A stretch of 63,392 nucleotides of DNA, filler included, from Octopus bimaculoides (GCF_001194135.2; 6 parts of 6 records of this genome joined end to end with filler, not necessarily neighbours in it), one strand, 5' to 3'; shown: positions 26,481-39,560, numbered from the whole stretch's first letter. Notes: generated by a model not told the origin, from the letters alone. Program-made: numbers and translations.

Positions 26481-28692
26481 TGTATGCATAGGCATAATTA
26501 TCCGTGCTTCTGAGTAGGAAAATATCTTATTATATTGAGTCATTGCCATGTATAGTCTGCTATCATTCAACACTAGCACAGTTTTCTCTTTTCTATTCCC
26601 TCGCTTTACATTCGTACACAATCACGCACTCGCGTGCTCTCACACAAATATGGGGACGAACACACACTCACATACAAACACACATACACACATACATACC
26701 TGTCAATGTGTATATGTGTGCATCTGTATGTATGTACGTACGTATGTATGTATGTATGTATGCATGTATGTATGTATATTGTAAAAGAAATATTTGGTGT
26801 TGCTTCCTGAAGCACTAGCCACCTCGCCCTATCGCCATACTTTTAATATAAACTTGCCGCGTAGTTAACTTCCTGTTTCATTGAAATATATCTACCGAGG
26901 CCTCTCAAGTGGGTAGATATCGGATCTAAATATAAAAATAACCGACAAACGGCGGTTGGCAATAGGGGAATGCGAAAGGTGTAGAAGGTACATTTAGTTA
27001 TGTAACACACATTTATTTATTTATTTATTTATGTAGTTATTTATTTGTTTGTTTTCTTCTCTAAACAAAGGCGAGTGATAAAAATAGATGAACAGTAGTA
27101 ATTAATTTTACCTAAAATAACACCAGTACACCTTCTATTGCTCTTATCTTTAATATTGTTCAGAAACAGTTATAAATGTCACTCACGTCTATCTACATGT
27201 ATAAGCACGAGAAAAGAACTGAAATCTTTTGTGTATTACCCATCTACTCACTTCAAAATATCTTCTCACCTTTATCTACGCTGATCTAATTTTTAAACCT
27301 TTTCGTTTTTATACTTTCTTTTCTTTCTTTCCCTTTCCTGTTGGTTTTTCTTCGTTTTCAAAGAAAAGGGTCGTTTTTGTTTTTGTTATTCATTTTATTT
27401 TCTTGTCTTCTTTTGTTTTTATTAAGGTATTTTTTGTTTTTCAGTAACTATTTGCGTATGAAAATTTCTCTTGCGTTAAAGTTTGCTATCTGTGGTTTGG
27501 GACTCCCAAATCTATCTCTTTTAATGAACTGTGTATTATCTGCCTTTTCACTCTAGTAACCAATGGCTCACTAGAGAAAACTTGGGTCTTCATACAGTGA
27601 AACAAGGTCAAAATAAGCTTTATAGAGCCATCCTTTCCTTTCCAGGCTACAGGCAATCTCCAGAAATTTTAATATACACGATGCTATATATATANNNNNN
27701 NNNNNNNNNNNNNNNNNNNNNNNNNNNNNNNNNNNNNNNNNNNNNNNNNNNNNNNNNNNNNNNNNNNNNNNNNNNNNNNNNNNNNNNNNNNNNNNNNNNN
27801 NNNNNNNNNNNNNNNNNNNNNNNNNNNNNNNNNNNNNNNNNNNNNNNNNNNNNNNNNNNNNNNNNNNNNNNNNNNNNNNNNNNNNNNNNNNNNNNNNNNN
27901 NNNNNNNNNNNNNNNNNNNNNNNNNNNNNNNNNNNNNNNNNNNNNNNNNNNNNNNNNNNNNNNNNNNNNNNNNNNNNNNNNNNNNNNNNNNNNNNNNNNN
28001 NNNNNNNNNNNNNNNNNNNNNNNNNNNNNNNNNNNNNNNNNNNNNNNNNNNNNNNNNNNNNNNNNNNNNNNNNNNNNNNNNNNNNNNNNNNNNNNNNNNN
28101 NNNNNNNNNNNNNNNNNNNNNNNNNNNNNNNNNNNNNNNNNNNNNNNNNNNNNNNNNNNNNNNNNNNNNNNNNNNNNNNNNNNNNNNNNNNNNNNNNNNN
28201 NNNNNNNNNNNNNNNNNNNNNNNNNNNNNNNNNNNNNNNNNNNNNNNNNNNNNNNNNNNNNNNNNNNNNNNNNNNNNNNNNNNNNNNNNNNNNNNNNNNN
28301 NNNNNNNNNNNNNNNNNNNNNNNNNNNNNNNNNNNNNNNNNNNNNNNNNNNNNNNNNNNNNNNNNNNNNNNNNNNNNNNNNNNNNNNNNNNNNNNNNNNN
28401 NNNNNNNNNNNNNNNNNNNNNNNNNNNNNNNNNNNNNNNNNNNNNNNNNNNNNNNNNNNNNNNNNNNNNNNNNNNNNNNNNNNNNNNNNNNNNNNNNNNN
28501 NNNNNNNNNNNNNNNNNNNNNNNNNNNNNNNNNNNNNNNNNNNNNNNNNNNNNNNNNNNNNNNNCTGCAATTGTTACTATTATTGTTATGGTCTAAAGTT
28601 AAAGGTAAATACTAATCTGGTTGAATGTACATACCACTTGTAAGGCGGACGTCCACCAGAGAGAATGTCAAGGCGAAAATAACAACAACAAC

Positions 28693-28761
<69 letters not shown>

Positions 28762-28825
28762 TAAAAACTAAAACTAGTAAGAAGGATGAATTTAATGCGA
28801 GAAAAGAAATTGTTGAGTATGCAGT

Positions 28826-28930
28826 TTTCGTCTACCAAATCCACTCACAAGGCTTTAGTCGGCCCGCGGCTATAACAGAAGGCAGTTATCCATGGATTGA
28901 ACCCGGAAACATGTGGTTCGGTAGAAAGCT
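28826..28930 (-). mobile_element. Family B SINE fragment
   Basis: TTCGTCTACCAAATCCACTCACAAGGCTTT...GGAAACATGTGG. Confidence 0.7.
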
Positions 28931-29438
28931 GATTGTGTGTGTGTGNNNNNNNNNNTTCATTAAAAAATACCTATTTTTCTGAGAGTTATCAGGAAATAAA
29001 TTCGACACGAATGAATTATCCGAAACACCTTTCCACTCACACTGAAAATTTATTTCACAGCAAATTCTGTTATAGCCATAATCTACAGCATCTGAAAGAT
29101 ATCTGAGGGAAAATTTCCTTAAGAAAATTATTCGAGTTGGCAGAATCGTTAGCGCGCTGGGCAAACGCTTAGTGGCATTTCGTCCTTCTTTACTGGTGAT
29201 AATCCAACATGTCCACAGCCTTTGGACTAAAACGTATATAAGAATAAAAGAATTAAATAATTTCCCTGAAATTTGAGAGGATACAGAGTCTGGTGGGGTG
29301 GCACACCCTCATTTAGGTACACTGCATTGTGCTTATTTTATAAATAAAAATACCATTGAAATAACAGAATTCTCGGAAGCGTTACAATGACAGCTCAAGT
29401 CTCTTCCAGTGATTAATTGTATACCGTTATGTTTCGAG

Positions 29439-29828
29439 CGTAGAGGCGCAATGACCCAGCGGTTAGAGCATCGGACTCGCTGTCATAGGATCGCGTTTTC
29501 GATTCCCAGACTGGGCGTTGTGTGTGTTTATTGAGCGAAAGCACCTAAAAGCCCTTCAAGGCTCCGGCAGGGGATGGTGGCGAACCCTGCTGTACTCTTT
29601 CACCACAACTTTCTCTCACTCTTACTTCCTGTTTCTGTTGTGCCTGTATTTCAAAGGGTCAGCCTTGTCACACTGTGTCACGCTGAATATCCCCGAGAAC
29701 TACGTTAAGGGTACACGTGTCTGTGGAGTGCTCAGCCACTTGCACATTAATTTCACGAGCAGGCTGTTCCATTGATCAGATCAACTGGAACCCTCGACGT
29801 CGTAAGCGACAGAGTGCCAACAACAACA
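29439..29828 (+). mobile_element. Full-length family A SINE with 10-bp TSD, inserted into an older SINE remnant
   Basis: Highly similar to 35249-35640. TSD ATGTTTCGAG at 29429-29438 and 29829-29838. Confidence 0.9.
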
Positions 29829-30036
29829 ATGTTTCGAGTTCAAATCCCGGCCTTGCCTATATCTTTGTTGTTGGTCAGTACTATGAGTGCTAGTTAAGTA
29901 TTGCGATAGCTCTAATTAATTATACACTTCTAAATCTGAATTCTTCCGCTGATTTTGGAAAGTAAAGGTTTTTTCACGCTACATTCTAGATATCTTTTAT
30001 TTTCAACATATTCCTAAATCCTAACTTGCCAAGTGG

Positions 30037-30335
30037 AGGCACATAGCCTAGTGGTTAGAGTAGCGGACTCGCGGTCGAGGGGTCGCATGTTCGAATCTCA
30101 GACCGGGCGATGTTTGTGTTTACGAGCGAAACACCTAAATTCCACGCGGCTCTGGCAGAAGGTAATAGCGAACCTCTGCTGACTCTTTCGCTACAACTTT
30201 CACTCACTCTTTCCTCCTGCATCTAGGAGCTCACCTGCAACGTACCGGCGTCTCGTCCAGGTGGGGAACCTATGCGCCAATAAAACCAGAAGCCGGCCTT
30301 TATGAACCAGGCATGGTTCGAGAAGAAACAGCAAC
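30037..30335 (+). mobile_element. tRNA-derived SINE, core 1 with an alternative (V-like) 3' half
   Basis: Head and core match family A up to CTCACTCTTTCCTCCTG, then GCAACGTACCGGCGTCTCGTCCAGGTGGGGAA instead of the Nin-like domain. Confidence 0.75.
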
Positions 30336-30789
30336 AGCAGATTGTCAAAGAGAAGTAAATGATTTTATCATTACTATGCGTTTCTTCTTTCTGCTGTGAG
30401 TTTATTTTAAGATTTGCGTATCTAGATAACAAACTACCTGAAGAGCAATTGCTATCTTATACAGACTCACACACAAAAAAGCAAAGGCAAGAACAACAGA
30501 AAAGAAAATATTATAATAGTGCTACTGCAGTCAGATATGATAACACCAAAAATAATTGTTGGTAATACAGGCACATTTAATTTGGATTCTATCCAAAATT
30601 TTCAGTAATCACACACACTGATGCGCGCGCATACACACACACTCACACAGATGGAATGAAAAAAATACACACAGATGCATACATACATACATTAAACACA
30701 TATGTTCAAACAGAAAGGTCCAGAAACATACATTTAAAAATACAATAACAATAATAATAATAATAAAAGAAAAGAAAAACTAAGCTTTA

Positions 30790-30950
30790 ACTAAATATAA
30801 AGTCAGGCCGCCAAATGTCTGTGAAGAATTTCAGAAGTAAACACGTGTTTTCATTGGGTATAAAAGGGGCTGGGGAATTGCAGGAAATAAAAATAGTTAT
30901 ACAAAACCTCTGATATCTAAAAGAATCCTCTGAAATAGATTAGGAAATTG
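30790..30950 (+). mobile_element. Possible heavily decayed R4/Dong-like C-terminal fragment
   Basis: Frameshifted traces resembling GALGxIKKG, LQEIxKIV and DILKRIL just after a short (TAA)n tract. Confidence 0.25.
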
Positions 30951-31154
30951 GTAGGCCGCAATACGTTAAGAATTTAAGAGAGAGAGAAAGGATAGATAAA
31001 ATGAGTTTACGTGAAATATATAAGTGTGTGATGCAAGCAGTAAATGAGGTAATACAAATATACATACACGCACACGCACACACACGTACGCATACACACG
31101 CTCATATATACATACATGCATATACACACACACACACACACATATGTATGCATG

Positions 31155-31234
<80 letters not shown>

Positions 31235-31235
31235 G

Positions 31236-31298
<63 letters not shown>

Positions 31299-31627
31299 TA
31301 GATATAGATATATATATATATAGTGGTTAATTCTTAAAAAGATTTTATCCTATATTTAAATTGTATATNNNNNNNNNNNNNNNNNNNNNNNNNNNNNNNN
31401 NNNNNNNNNNNNNNNNNNNNNNNNNNNNNNNNNNNNNNNNNNNNNNNNNNNNNNNNNNNNNNNNNNNNNNNNNNNNNNNNNNNNNNNNNNNNNNNNNNNN
31501 NNNNNNNNNNNNNNNNNNNNNNNNNNNNNNNNNNNNNNNNNNNNNNNNNNNNNNNNNNNNNNNNNNNNNNNNNNNNNNNNNNNNNNNNNNNNNNNNNNNN
31601 NNNNNNNNNNNNNNNNNNNNNNNNNNN

Positions 31628-31663
<36 letters not shown>

Positions 31664-32077
31664 TAAAATTGGTGCTAGATACGTAATCACTGAGCATTGT
31701 CTGAATAGCTGACACATTACAAGTGTAAGGTCTGATAATGGAAATAATTTTATTCGCAGTTTAAAGAAATGAGAAGAAAAAATAAACAGGAAATAAAATG
31801 GCGTTCGTCTGTTCAGGGACAACGATATACAATAACAGTCAAGTATTCAGGTCGATGTAATCGACCAACCTTACAACTGAAAACTGTTGACTTACTAATT
31901 ATTATTAGGCTAGTAATGCTAATTTAATTAGCAACCATTTTATTTTGTGTTTTGATGACAACATGTCTCCTCAAATCTCAGTAAGCTTCCTGAGGATTCT
32001 TGCAGAATATAGGATGGTACTTTTCTGCTTTCTACTATTAATTATTATCATTATTAATAGCAAAATGCATTTATTAG

Positions 32078-32285
32078 AGATGGCAGAATCGTTAGTATGC
32101 CAGACAAAATTTTTAGCGGTATTTCGTTAGTCTTCACGTTCTGAGTTCAAATCCCGCCGAGGTTTACTTTGCTTTTCATCCTTTCGAGGTCGAAAAAATA
32201 AATATCAGTTGAACACTGGGGGTTGATGTAATCAACTTATCTCCTCCCCTGAAATTGCTGGCCTTGTGCCAAAATACGAAACTAT
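32078..32285 (+). mobile_element. Family C SINE
   Basis: GGCAGAATCGTTAG...TTCTGAGTTCAAATCCCGCCGAGG...GGCCTTGTGCCAAAA. Confidence 0.8.
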
Positions 32286-32529
32286 TATTATCATCATCAT
32301 CATTTTTCTTCTTTTAGTTTTGTTTCCAGTTCTTGCAGAGTGTCTTCCCAACACATAGGGCAAAGAAACTTGTTGTATACATACTTGTAGCTAGGCCATT
32401 AAAATTAACACACTAGATTCTTCATTTACAAAGTTATGCGATAGAAAAAAAAGGATAAAAATAAAATGAAAAAGAAAAAAAGGAATAAAGAGTAAAAAGA
32501 AAGAAAACAAAATATTATTATTATTATTA

Positions 32530-33910
32530 CTGTTCAGTAGTTTTATTTTTATAACGTGCTTTCACTTTACGACCGAGCGCAGCTCTGTGTGTGCCTTGTG
32601 TATGTGCTGTGGTTTGCTGTGATGCTCTTATGGTTACTGTATTGAAAGTATTTTGCGTAGGATGTGTGCAGTGCCCAGTAGTGCAATTTTCTGTATCTTA
32701 TATATATTTGTAAGTCCTGGTGTTTTTGTTATGTATTTGTCTGAATATTTTTGTATTATACCTAAGGCACCTACTATGATAGGAATTGTTTCTGTTTTTA
32801 GATTCCACATTCGAGTTACCTCTATTTCCAGGTCTTTGTATTTTGAAAGTTTCTCCATTTCTTTTAGGGAAACGTTGTCATCTGCTGGTATTGATACATC
32901 AATTAGAAAGCATTTTTTTCCTTCATGATCTTTGACAACTATATCTGGTCTANNNNNNNNNNNNNNNNNNNNNNNNNNNNNNNNNNNNNNNNNNNNNNNN
33001 NNNNNNNNNNNNNNNNNNNNNNNNNNNNNNNNNNNNNNNNNNNNNNNNNNNNNNNNNNNNNNNNNNNNNNNNNNNNNNNNNNNNNNNNNNNNNNNNNNNN
33101 NNNNNNNNNNNNNNNNNNNNNNNNNNNNNNNNNNNNNNNNNNNNNNNNNNNNNNNNNNNNNNNNNNNNNNNNNNNNNNNNNNNNNNNNNNNNNNNNNNNN
33201 NNNNNNNNNNNNNNNNNNNNNNNNNNNNNNNNNNNNNNNNNNNNNNNNNNNNNNNNNNNNNNNNNNNNNNNNNNNNNNNNNNNNNNNNNNNNNNNNNNNN
33301 NNNNNNNNNNNNNNNNNNNNNNNNNNNNNNNNNNNNNNNNNNNNNNNNNNNNNNNNNNNNNNNNNNNNNNNNNNNNNNNNNNNNNNNNNNNNNNNNNNNN
33401 NNNNNNNNNNNNNNNNNNNNNNNNNNNNNNNNNNNNNNNNNNNNNNNNNNNNNNNNNNNNNNNNNNNNNNNNNNNNNNNNNNNNNNNNNNNNNNNNNNNN
33501 NNNNNNNNNNNNNNNNNNNNNNNNNNNNNNNNNNNNNNNNNNNNNNNNNNNNNNNNNNNNNNNNNNNNNNNNNNNNNNNNNNNNNNNNNNNNNNNNNNNN
33601 NNNNNNNNNNNNNNNNNNNNNNNNNNNNNNNNNNNNNNNNNNNNNNNNNNNNNNNNNNNNNNNNATGTGATCATTTTCAAGTACTGGGGGTGGTTTGTGT
33701 TCCCACCAGTCTTTATCATGGGGCAAGTCCAGGTTTTTGCATATTACCCAGTGAATATATTGTGCAGCTCTATCATGCCTGTTGAGATACTCTGTAGGCG
33801 CAAGCAGACTGCACATGGAGACAACATGATCGATGGTCTCATTTTGTTGTTGGCATATACGACATAATGGGGAGCTGCCGTTCTTTAATATGTTGGCCTG
33901 GTAGTTCTTG

Positions 33911-33911
<1 letters not shown>
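32530..33911 (-). mobile_element. 5'-truncated R4/Dong-like LINE 3' end: CCHC knuckle, restriction-like endonuclease and 3' UTR
   Basis: CRICQQQNETIDHVVSMC (33811-33864), YLNRHD, RPDIVVKD..CFLIDVSIP and EKLSKYKDL (PD..D..K RLE motifs); stop at 32634; ~100-bp 3' UTR. (TTA)n tracts on both sides (32513-32529 and 33913-33976). Spans a 712-N gap. Confidence 0.88.
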
Positions 33912-33976
<65 letters not shown>

Positions 33977-34871
33977 GCAGCAGAAATGGTTTGGAGCTGT
34001 AGATAAGCACGTATCTTTAGATTGAAGAACAACAATTGAACGAGAGCTTGTAGGTTTAGTGGTCAGGATGATCCTAGATCTGTGGAGTTCCTTGATTGTC
34101 TCTAGTCGGGAATTCTCTCATAACCGGAGCTCTGAGTCGTTGATGCATTCACATATTTTGTATAATATGCATACTTTCATCATCATTTCACCCTCCTTCC
34201 ATTTTCTTTCCGCTCATTTGTTATGTAAACCCACACACAAGTTCTAAAATATCCTTGTAATGTTACGCTCATCTGATGGCCCTGTGGCAAATGAAAAAAT
34301 ATTTTTATCATTGTTGTTGTTGTTGTTTTGTCATTGTCATCGACGTTGTTGCTGTTACTCGAAAACTATAAGACACTGGTTTTATTAGCAGAAACGTTAA
34401 TCTGGAATTATTGATAAATCTCCTCAAATCTCAAGAAATCATTCTTAGAATTCTTACACTTTTCTGCCAGTTGACAATATGTATCGCAATTCCAATATCC
34501 TTCAGCGTCTCAGTTAACAGTTCTTGAGCAGAAAGCACCACTCGCCACAGGAACAGATTTGTGTTGCACAATCTCTTCATTTCTGGCTTAAGTTCTCATT
34601 TTTCTCAATTCCTTCAGTATCCTCTCAATTAGCAGATGGCATCGCAAAATCTATGATTTAATAAATTCTTTTCTTCGCCGCATTCATCTGGCTTCCTTGC
34701 TTAAATATTAAAGCCATTCATTATGGAGAGATCCCATAACACGATCTGTATTAATAGATATTAAATAAGACACGTATTCACACATGTGTATTCATTTACG
34801 CATGCGCTTGTGTATGTCTGGATGGACGAACGGACGGACGGACGGATGGATGGGTGGATGACTAGCTGGCT

Positions 34872-34915
<44 letters not shown>

Positions 34916-35248
34916 ATGAATGGATGGATGGATGGATGGATGGATGGATAGATGGATGGATGGATGGGAAAGTGAGGGAAAATCACGCGTTCTTTTGTTT
35001 TCTTATGAAAATAAGCAAAATGGCAATAACATCTTTATGATAACATTTTGTAATAAAATGTAATGTATTCAATTTTTTTAATTTTTTTTTTATTTATGTG
35101 TTTCAGCCAAGTGGCTGCGGTCATGCTGGTGCACCACTTCATTATGCGGATAATCACGATGTTGTTATAATTTCATGTTGTTGCTGATATTTGTAGTTTA
35201 TGATCAGACGTTGTAATAATATGATTAGACATTGCTTACTGTAACAGG

Positions 35249-35640
35249 GTGGAGGCGCAATGGGTCAGTGGTTAGGGCAGCGGACTCGCGGTCATAGGAT
35301 CGCGGTTTCGATTCCCAGACCGGGCGTTGTGAGTGTTTATTGAGCGAAAACACCTAAAAGCTCCACGAGGCTCCGGCAGGGGATGGTGGCGAACCCTACT
35401 GTACTCTTTCACCACAACTTTCTCTCACTCTTACTTCCTGTTTCTCTTGTGCCTGTAATTCAAAGGGTCAGCCTTGTCACACTGTGTCACGCTGAATATC
35501 CCCGAGAACTACGTTAAGAGCACACGTGTCTGTGGAGTGCTCAGCCATTTTCACGTTAATTTCATGAGCAGGCTGTTCCGTTGATCGGATCAACTGGAAC
35601 CCTCGCCGTCGTAAGCGACGGAGTGCCAACAACAACAACA
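35249..35640 (+). mobile_element. Full-length tRNA-derived SINE (family A: core 1 + Nin-like domain + (ACA)n tail) with 11-bp TSD
   Basis: A-box-like TCAGTGGTTAG, B-box-like GTTTCGATTCC and (ACA)n tail. TSD ACTGTAACAGG at 35238-35248 and 35641-35651. Confidence 0.9.
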
Positions 35641-35829
35641 ACTGTAACAGGAAGGTAATATAGGAAAGTTATTTACAATAGCAGAGGCAATAATAAATTA
35701 AATATTTAACGTTCTTTAATTTGTAATAATTAATATAAATATAAATTAAAGGTCAAATCATTATTGATAAGGCATATTTGAAAATGCTCAATATGTTATA
35801 ATGAATGTGAAGTCCATATTTATCCGTAG

Positions 35830-36800
35830 TCCTTCAGATGTTTTATCATTACACTGATATACAGAGAAATATTAAATTTGGTTGACGTTTACCAAAACGT
35901 ATCTATACGTTCATTAAGGGACATGTTTGTAGCCGGGAAATAGAACCTGCTCTCTTTGAAACGTCATCTGTTTCCTTAAGGTTCTTTCAGTTTGTCCTGT
36001 ATAATTCTCTCAACATCTTGAACATGCGCCTAAGTAAAATTCATTCTTTATTTTGAAACATTTTCTTTTCTTCGGACAAGTTAAAATATATTCCATAGTC
36101 GGATCGTCCACATCTTTTAAATCTTGGTTCTGTTTTTCAAAATAATTTAGCATCTGTTAATATTCTCTTTAATGATTATGAATCTTTTATAACAGGATAC
36201 ATGTCTCTTTAGAATCTGATTTATCCTAGCATCAGTTTTAGCACCGATACATTTGGAAATCTATTTTGTTTTACATGACTTAGTGTGCAAACGTCCGTTA
36301 TTTTCGCACGTTGTATGCTCTCATTTGTCAAGCATAGTAGATAATTTCTGTTCGTTAAGTGTATTTATATGTTCTAGAAGTCATATATCATGGGTACTTA
36401 TATCGTATATATTTGTGCATATCATTTTGGCTAAATTAATGGAATATTTGTTCCAGTGTGTTTCGAGATACACGAAGTAAAGAGGAAATATTTTTTTCGA
36501 ATCTATATGCTTATAATATTTTATTATCTGTTTTGTTGTTAACTTTTATTCCAAGAAATTTTTTTCAATTATATTTTATATATTGATACAAGTTCCCGTA
36601 TTTTTGTAGCAATTCATGATAGCTTGTAATTTACAAATATCATATTATTAAATTTCCCTAATCTGTTGCCACTTAGGTACCCATCATGGTTCCAGAATTT
36701 TTCCCAGTGATAGATAATATAAAATACGAAATAGTTATGTTAGAAAATAAATTTTAATCCTTTGATTGTTAATCTTTTTTTCTATATGTCCAAGTAATTC
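35830..36800 (-). mobile_element. Decayed Penelope-like element ORF, C-terminal linker and GIY-YIG endonuclease
   Basis: Minus-strand frameshifted peptides SLKRILTDAKL, RFKRCGRS, FYLGACSRC and ENYTGQTERTLRKQMTFQREQ (C-x2-C...YxGQT..L..R pattern of PLE GIY-YIG domains). Confidence 0.7.
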
Positions 36801-37483
36801 TTCTGCAAAATTTATAAAGCCGCATTTCATTCTTTTCATACTTGTGACGGACATTTGTGTAAAAATTGACATAAAAAGATACAATGAGTGTTAATTCATT
36901 GACCGTTTTTAGAAGGTGGTTCAGCTTATCTAGATCGTCTCTTATTAAAACATTTTATTTCATTGGTTTAAGAAATTATGCATAAAAATCACTAAGGCGA
37001 TGAGTTTTACTTATTTGGCTTGCTATTTTCGGTCTTAATTTTAAATCGCTTCAAGATAAAACATTAATACTCGTTGATTCCGTGTTTAGTTCACTCAGAT
37101 GAATTTCATGACTTTTTTTGTTAATTCACAGAAGAGGTTAGCGTTTGCTTAAAATTAGTTATACAATCAAATACACTCTTTCAGTTACCGATGACGCAGA
37201 TTCTGTTAGAATTACATTAAGGTACACGTGCCAGCAGATCATTCAGCCATTTACAAGCTTATCCAATGAGTCTGGTTGTTCAGTTGATCAAAGAACTGAA
37301 CACTGAAGGCTGGAAATTCTAACTGATATCCATTACACAACACACACACACAAATACACACGTATACACACACATGTATTTATGTATATGTGCGTACATA
37401 TGCATATCTATGGATACTGTATATGTATATATATGTATACTNNNNNNNNNNTACATACATACATACATACATACATATATGTC

Positions 37484-37700
37484 TCAGTGGTTAGAGCGTT
37501 AGGCTTACAATCATGTGGTAGTGAGTTCGATTCCCGGACCGGGCTGTGTGTTATGTTCTTGAGCAAGACACTTTATTTCACATTGCTCCAGTTCACTCAG
37601 CCGTAGAAATGAGTTGTGATGTTACTGGTGCCAAGCTGTATCAGCCTTTGCCTTTCCCTTGGATAACATCGGTGGTGTGGAGAGGAGACACTGGTATGCT
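37484..37700 (+). mobile_element. tRNA-derived SINE, core 2 with a third type of 3' region
   Basis: TCAGTGGTTAGAG A-box-like, GAGTTCGATTCCC B-box-like, TTCTTGAGCAAGACACTTTATTTCAC core. Confidence 0.7.
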
Positions 37701-38639
37701 GGTCTTCTAGGCCAGAAAGGTAGAAGACATAATTAAAGTACCATAAGGCAAGGTATCCGGCTATGTATTGTAGCGTTATTGTGCTTAGATTAATATTACG
37801 TATGCCCTTGTGAGTAATTTGTGCTTTTATGAATAAAATTTATATCTGTAGCAAAATATTTTTTTTAATCGGTGAATATAAAGCGGAAGAACAAATATAG
37901 TTGTACGAATAACGTTATGCTGTTAGCTACTCTAACATTTTAATGTTTAATGTAAAATGTATGCTAGATATTTGTATGATTTTCCAGCGAAAATCAAAGA
38001 TTCATTGTCCAAGTATTGTCTTAATCGTTTAGTTAATGTTTAACGGTGGTTGGGTAAGTGAGAAATTAAGAAAAATAGGAATAAATTTTATAAGGAATTG
38101 GGTAAAAAGATAACATAAATGTGAACATATTTGAGAACAACGTTGGTAATTTAATATACTTCTAGGAGGTGTAAAGTAGGATTAGTGTGGTTTTTAAGTA
38201 ATCAGTTAAGGATTAGGTGTCTTAAAATTGCCTAATGGGATAAAACACAAATCCCTAAAGGTTGTTTATTATTAATAAAGTACAAGAGCAGAGGAAGTGA
38301 AGAGATGAACGTAATTTATATGTTAATTAAAATGGAAAAACAATGCTAAATTAAGACGTACAGTTGTAAGATGGATAATTTGTATATCTCGGTACATCTG
38401 TTGTTTGTATGATGAGAGAAATATTAGAATATGCATGAAATATGTTACTATTAGAATAGTGAAAGAAAAACATGTTTACATTGATACAATAGTGGGTAGA
38501 AGACTAACTTCGAAAGAATGGTGTTAAGATATATTTATAAATTCATAGGTGGTTTTAGTATCATGTTGAAAGAATGTACTTTTGTGGATGTCATTTTTAA
38601 AATAGCCAATCAGGTAATCAGATGTAGGATGCGATGGTT

Positions 38640-38945
38640 AAGGAGAACAGAATGGGTAAGAAGTTCGCTTTGCAATCACAAGCTTCCGGATTCGATCACA
38701 TTGCGTGAGATCTTAGACAAGAGGGTTTTTTTAACCATTATATTGGCTCAACCCAAGCATTGTGGATGAAATCGAGTTGACGGAAACTGATATGAAACTC
38801 GTCAGATGGATTGTACCAGTCTTTCACAGGGTACAGCCTTGTCACACATTGTCATGCTGACTCTGCTTGAGAATAATGTCGATAGTGGAATACTCAGCCA
38901 CTTGCACCCTAATGCCCGAATTCAATAAACAGGTAATTCAATTGA
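38640..38945 (+). mobile_element. Old SINE, family B-type head joined to a Nin-like domain
   Basis: GGGTAAGAAGTTCGCTTTGCAATCAC...GACGGAAACTGA head (B-like), followed by GGGTACAGCCTTGTCACAC...GTGGAATACTCAGCCACTTGCAC. Confidence 0.55.
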
Positions 38946-39560
38946 CTGAAAGAAAAAAAAACGGAGATATATTTACGCATTTTTTACTGTAAATCTCGTT
39001 GTCGTCATATATCGTACACCTTTTACAGTGTATTGACGACACAACAACAAAAGTCATCTCAATTAAGTGCAAGGTTTCCCGTCGGGTGAAGCCATAGCGT
39101 TACTTCGTTCTGACCTTCTCATAGTGCTTTCTTGGTAGAGACAGTGGCAGTGGTTTGCTACAGCCTTCCCCAACTGGATCACCGTTGGACAACAAGGAGC
39201 TCATTCAGCATTCGACAGGTCTTGTGTTTAGTCCTGTTAGGTACCCAGAGACACCATCCTTACAAGAGTAGCAAACACTACCAAGCTACTCAAGTGGAAG
39301 AACTGGTATAGTTGCCGACTACTCGACCATGAAACAGGTAGTATCAGTTTACATGGTATAAGTAGCAAGTCTCATCAGCTTTTGATGAGATCTCTGATCT
39401 GATAAGGATTCTAAATCTGGGATTTGTTAAAACGAGTAGACTTGCTTATAATTAGTTGGTTCTTTCTTGCAACAGACAATAAAGATGGAAATGCAATTCT
39501 AACAGTACGAAGCAGTGTTGTTATATAAGATATCAACTGTAAAGTTTCCATATAGGAACA

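Noticed and set aside
29439-29520. tRNA-like A/B boxes here and at other SINE heads as possible tRNA genes
   Set aside because: They continue into SINE bodies with tails and TSDs and lack a complete cloverleaf.
32953-33664. 712-N gap inside the RLE domain suggesting a large insertion
   Set aside because: The flanking peptides (VLENDH...RPD) are normally only about 20 residues apart, so the gap size is probably overestimated. This also cautions against trusting the 210-N gap length in Tlx.
37730-38620. AT-rich strand-asymmetric tract that might be an old LINE body
   Set aside because: No diagnostic RT or endonuclease motif could be read.
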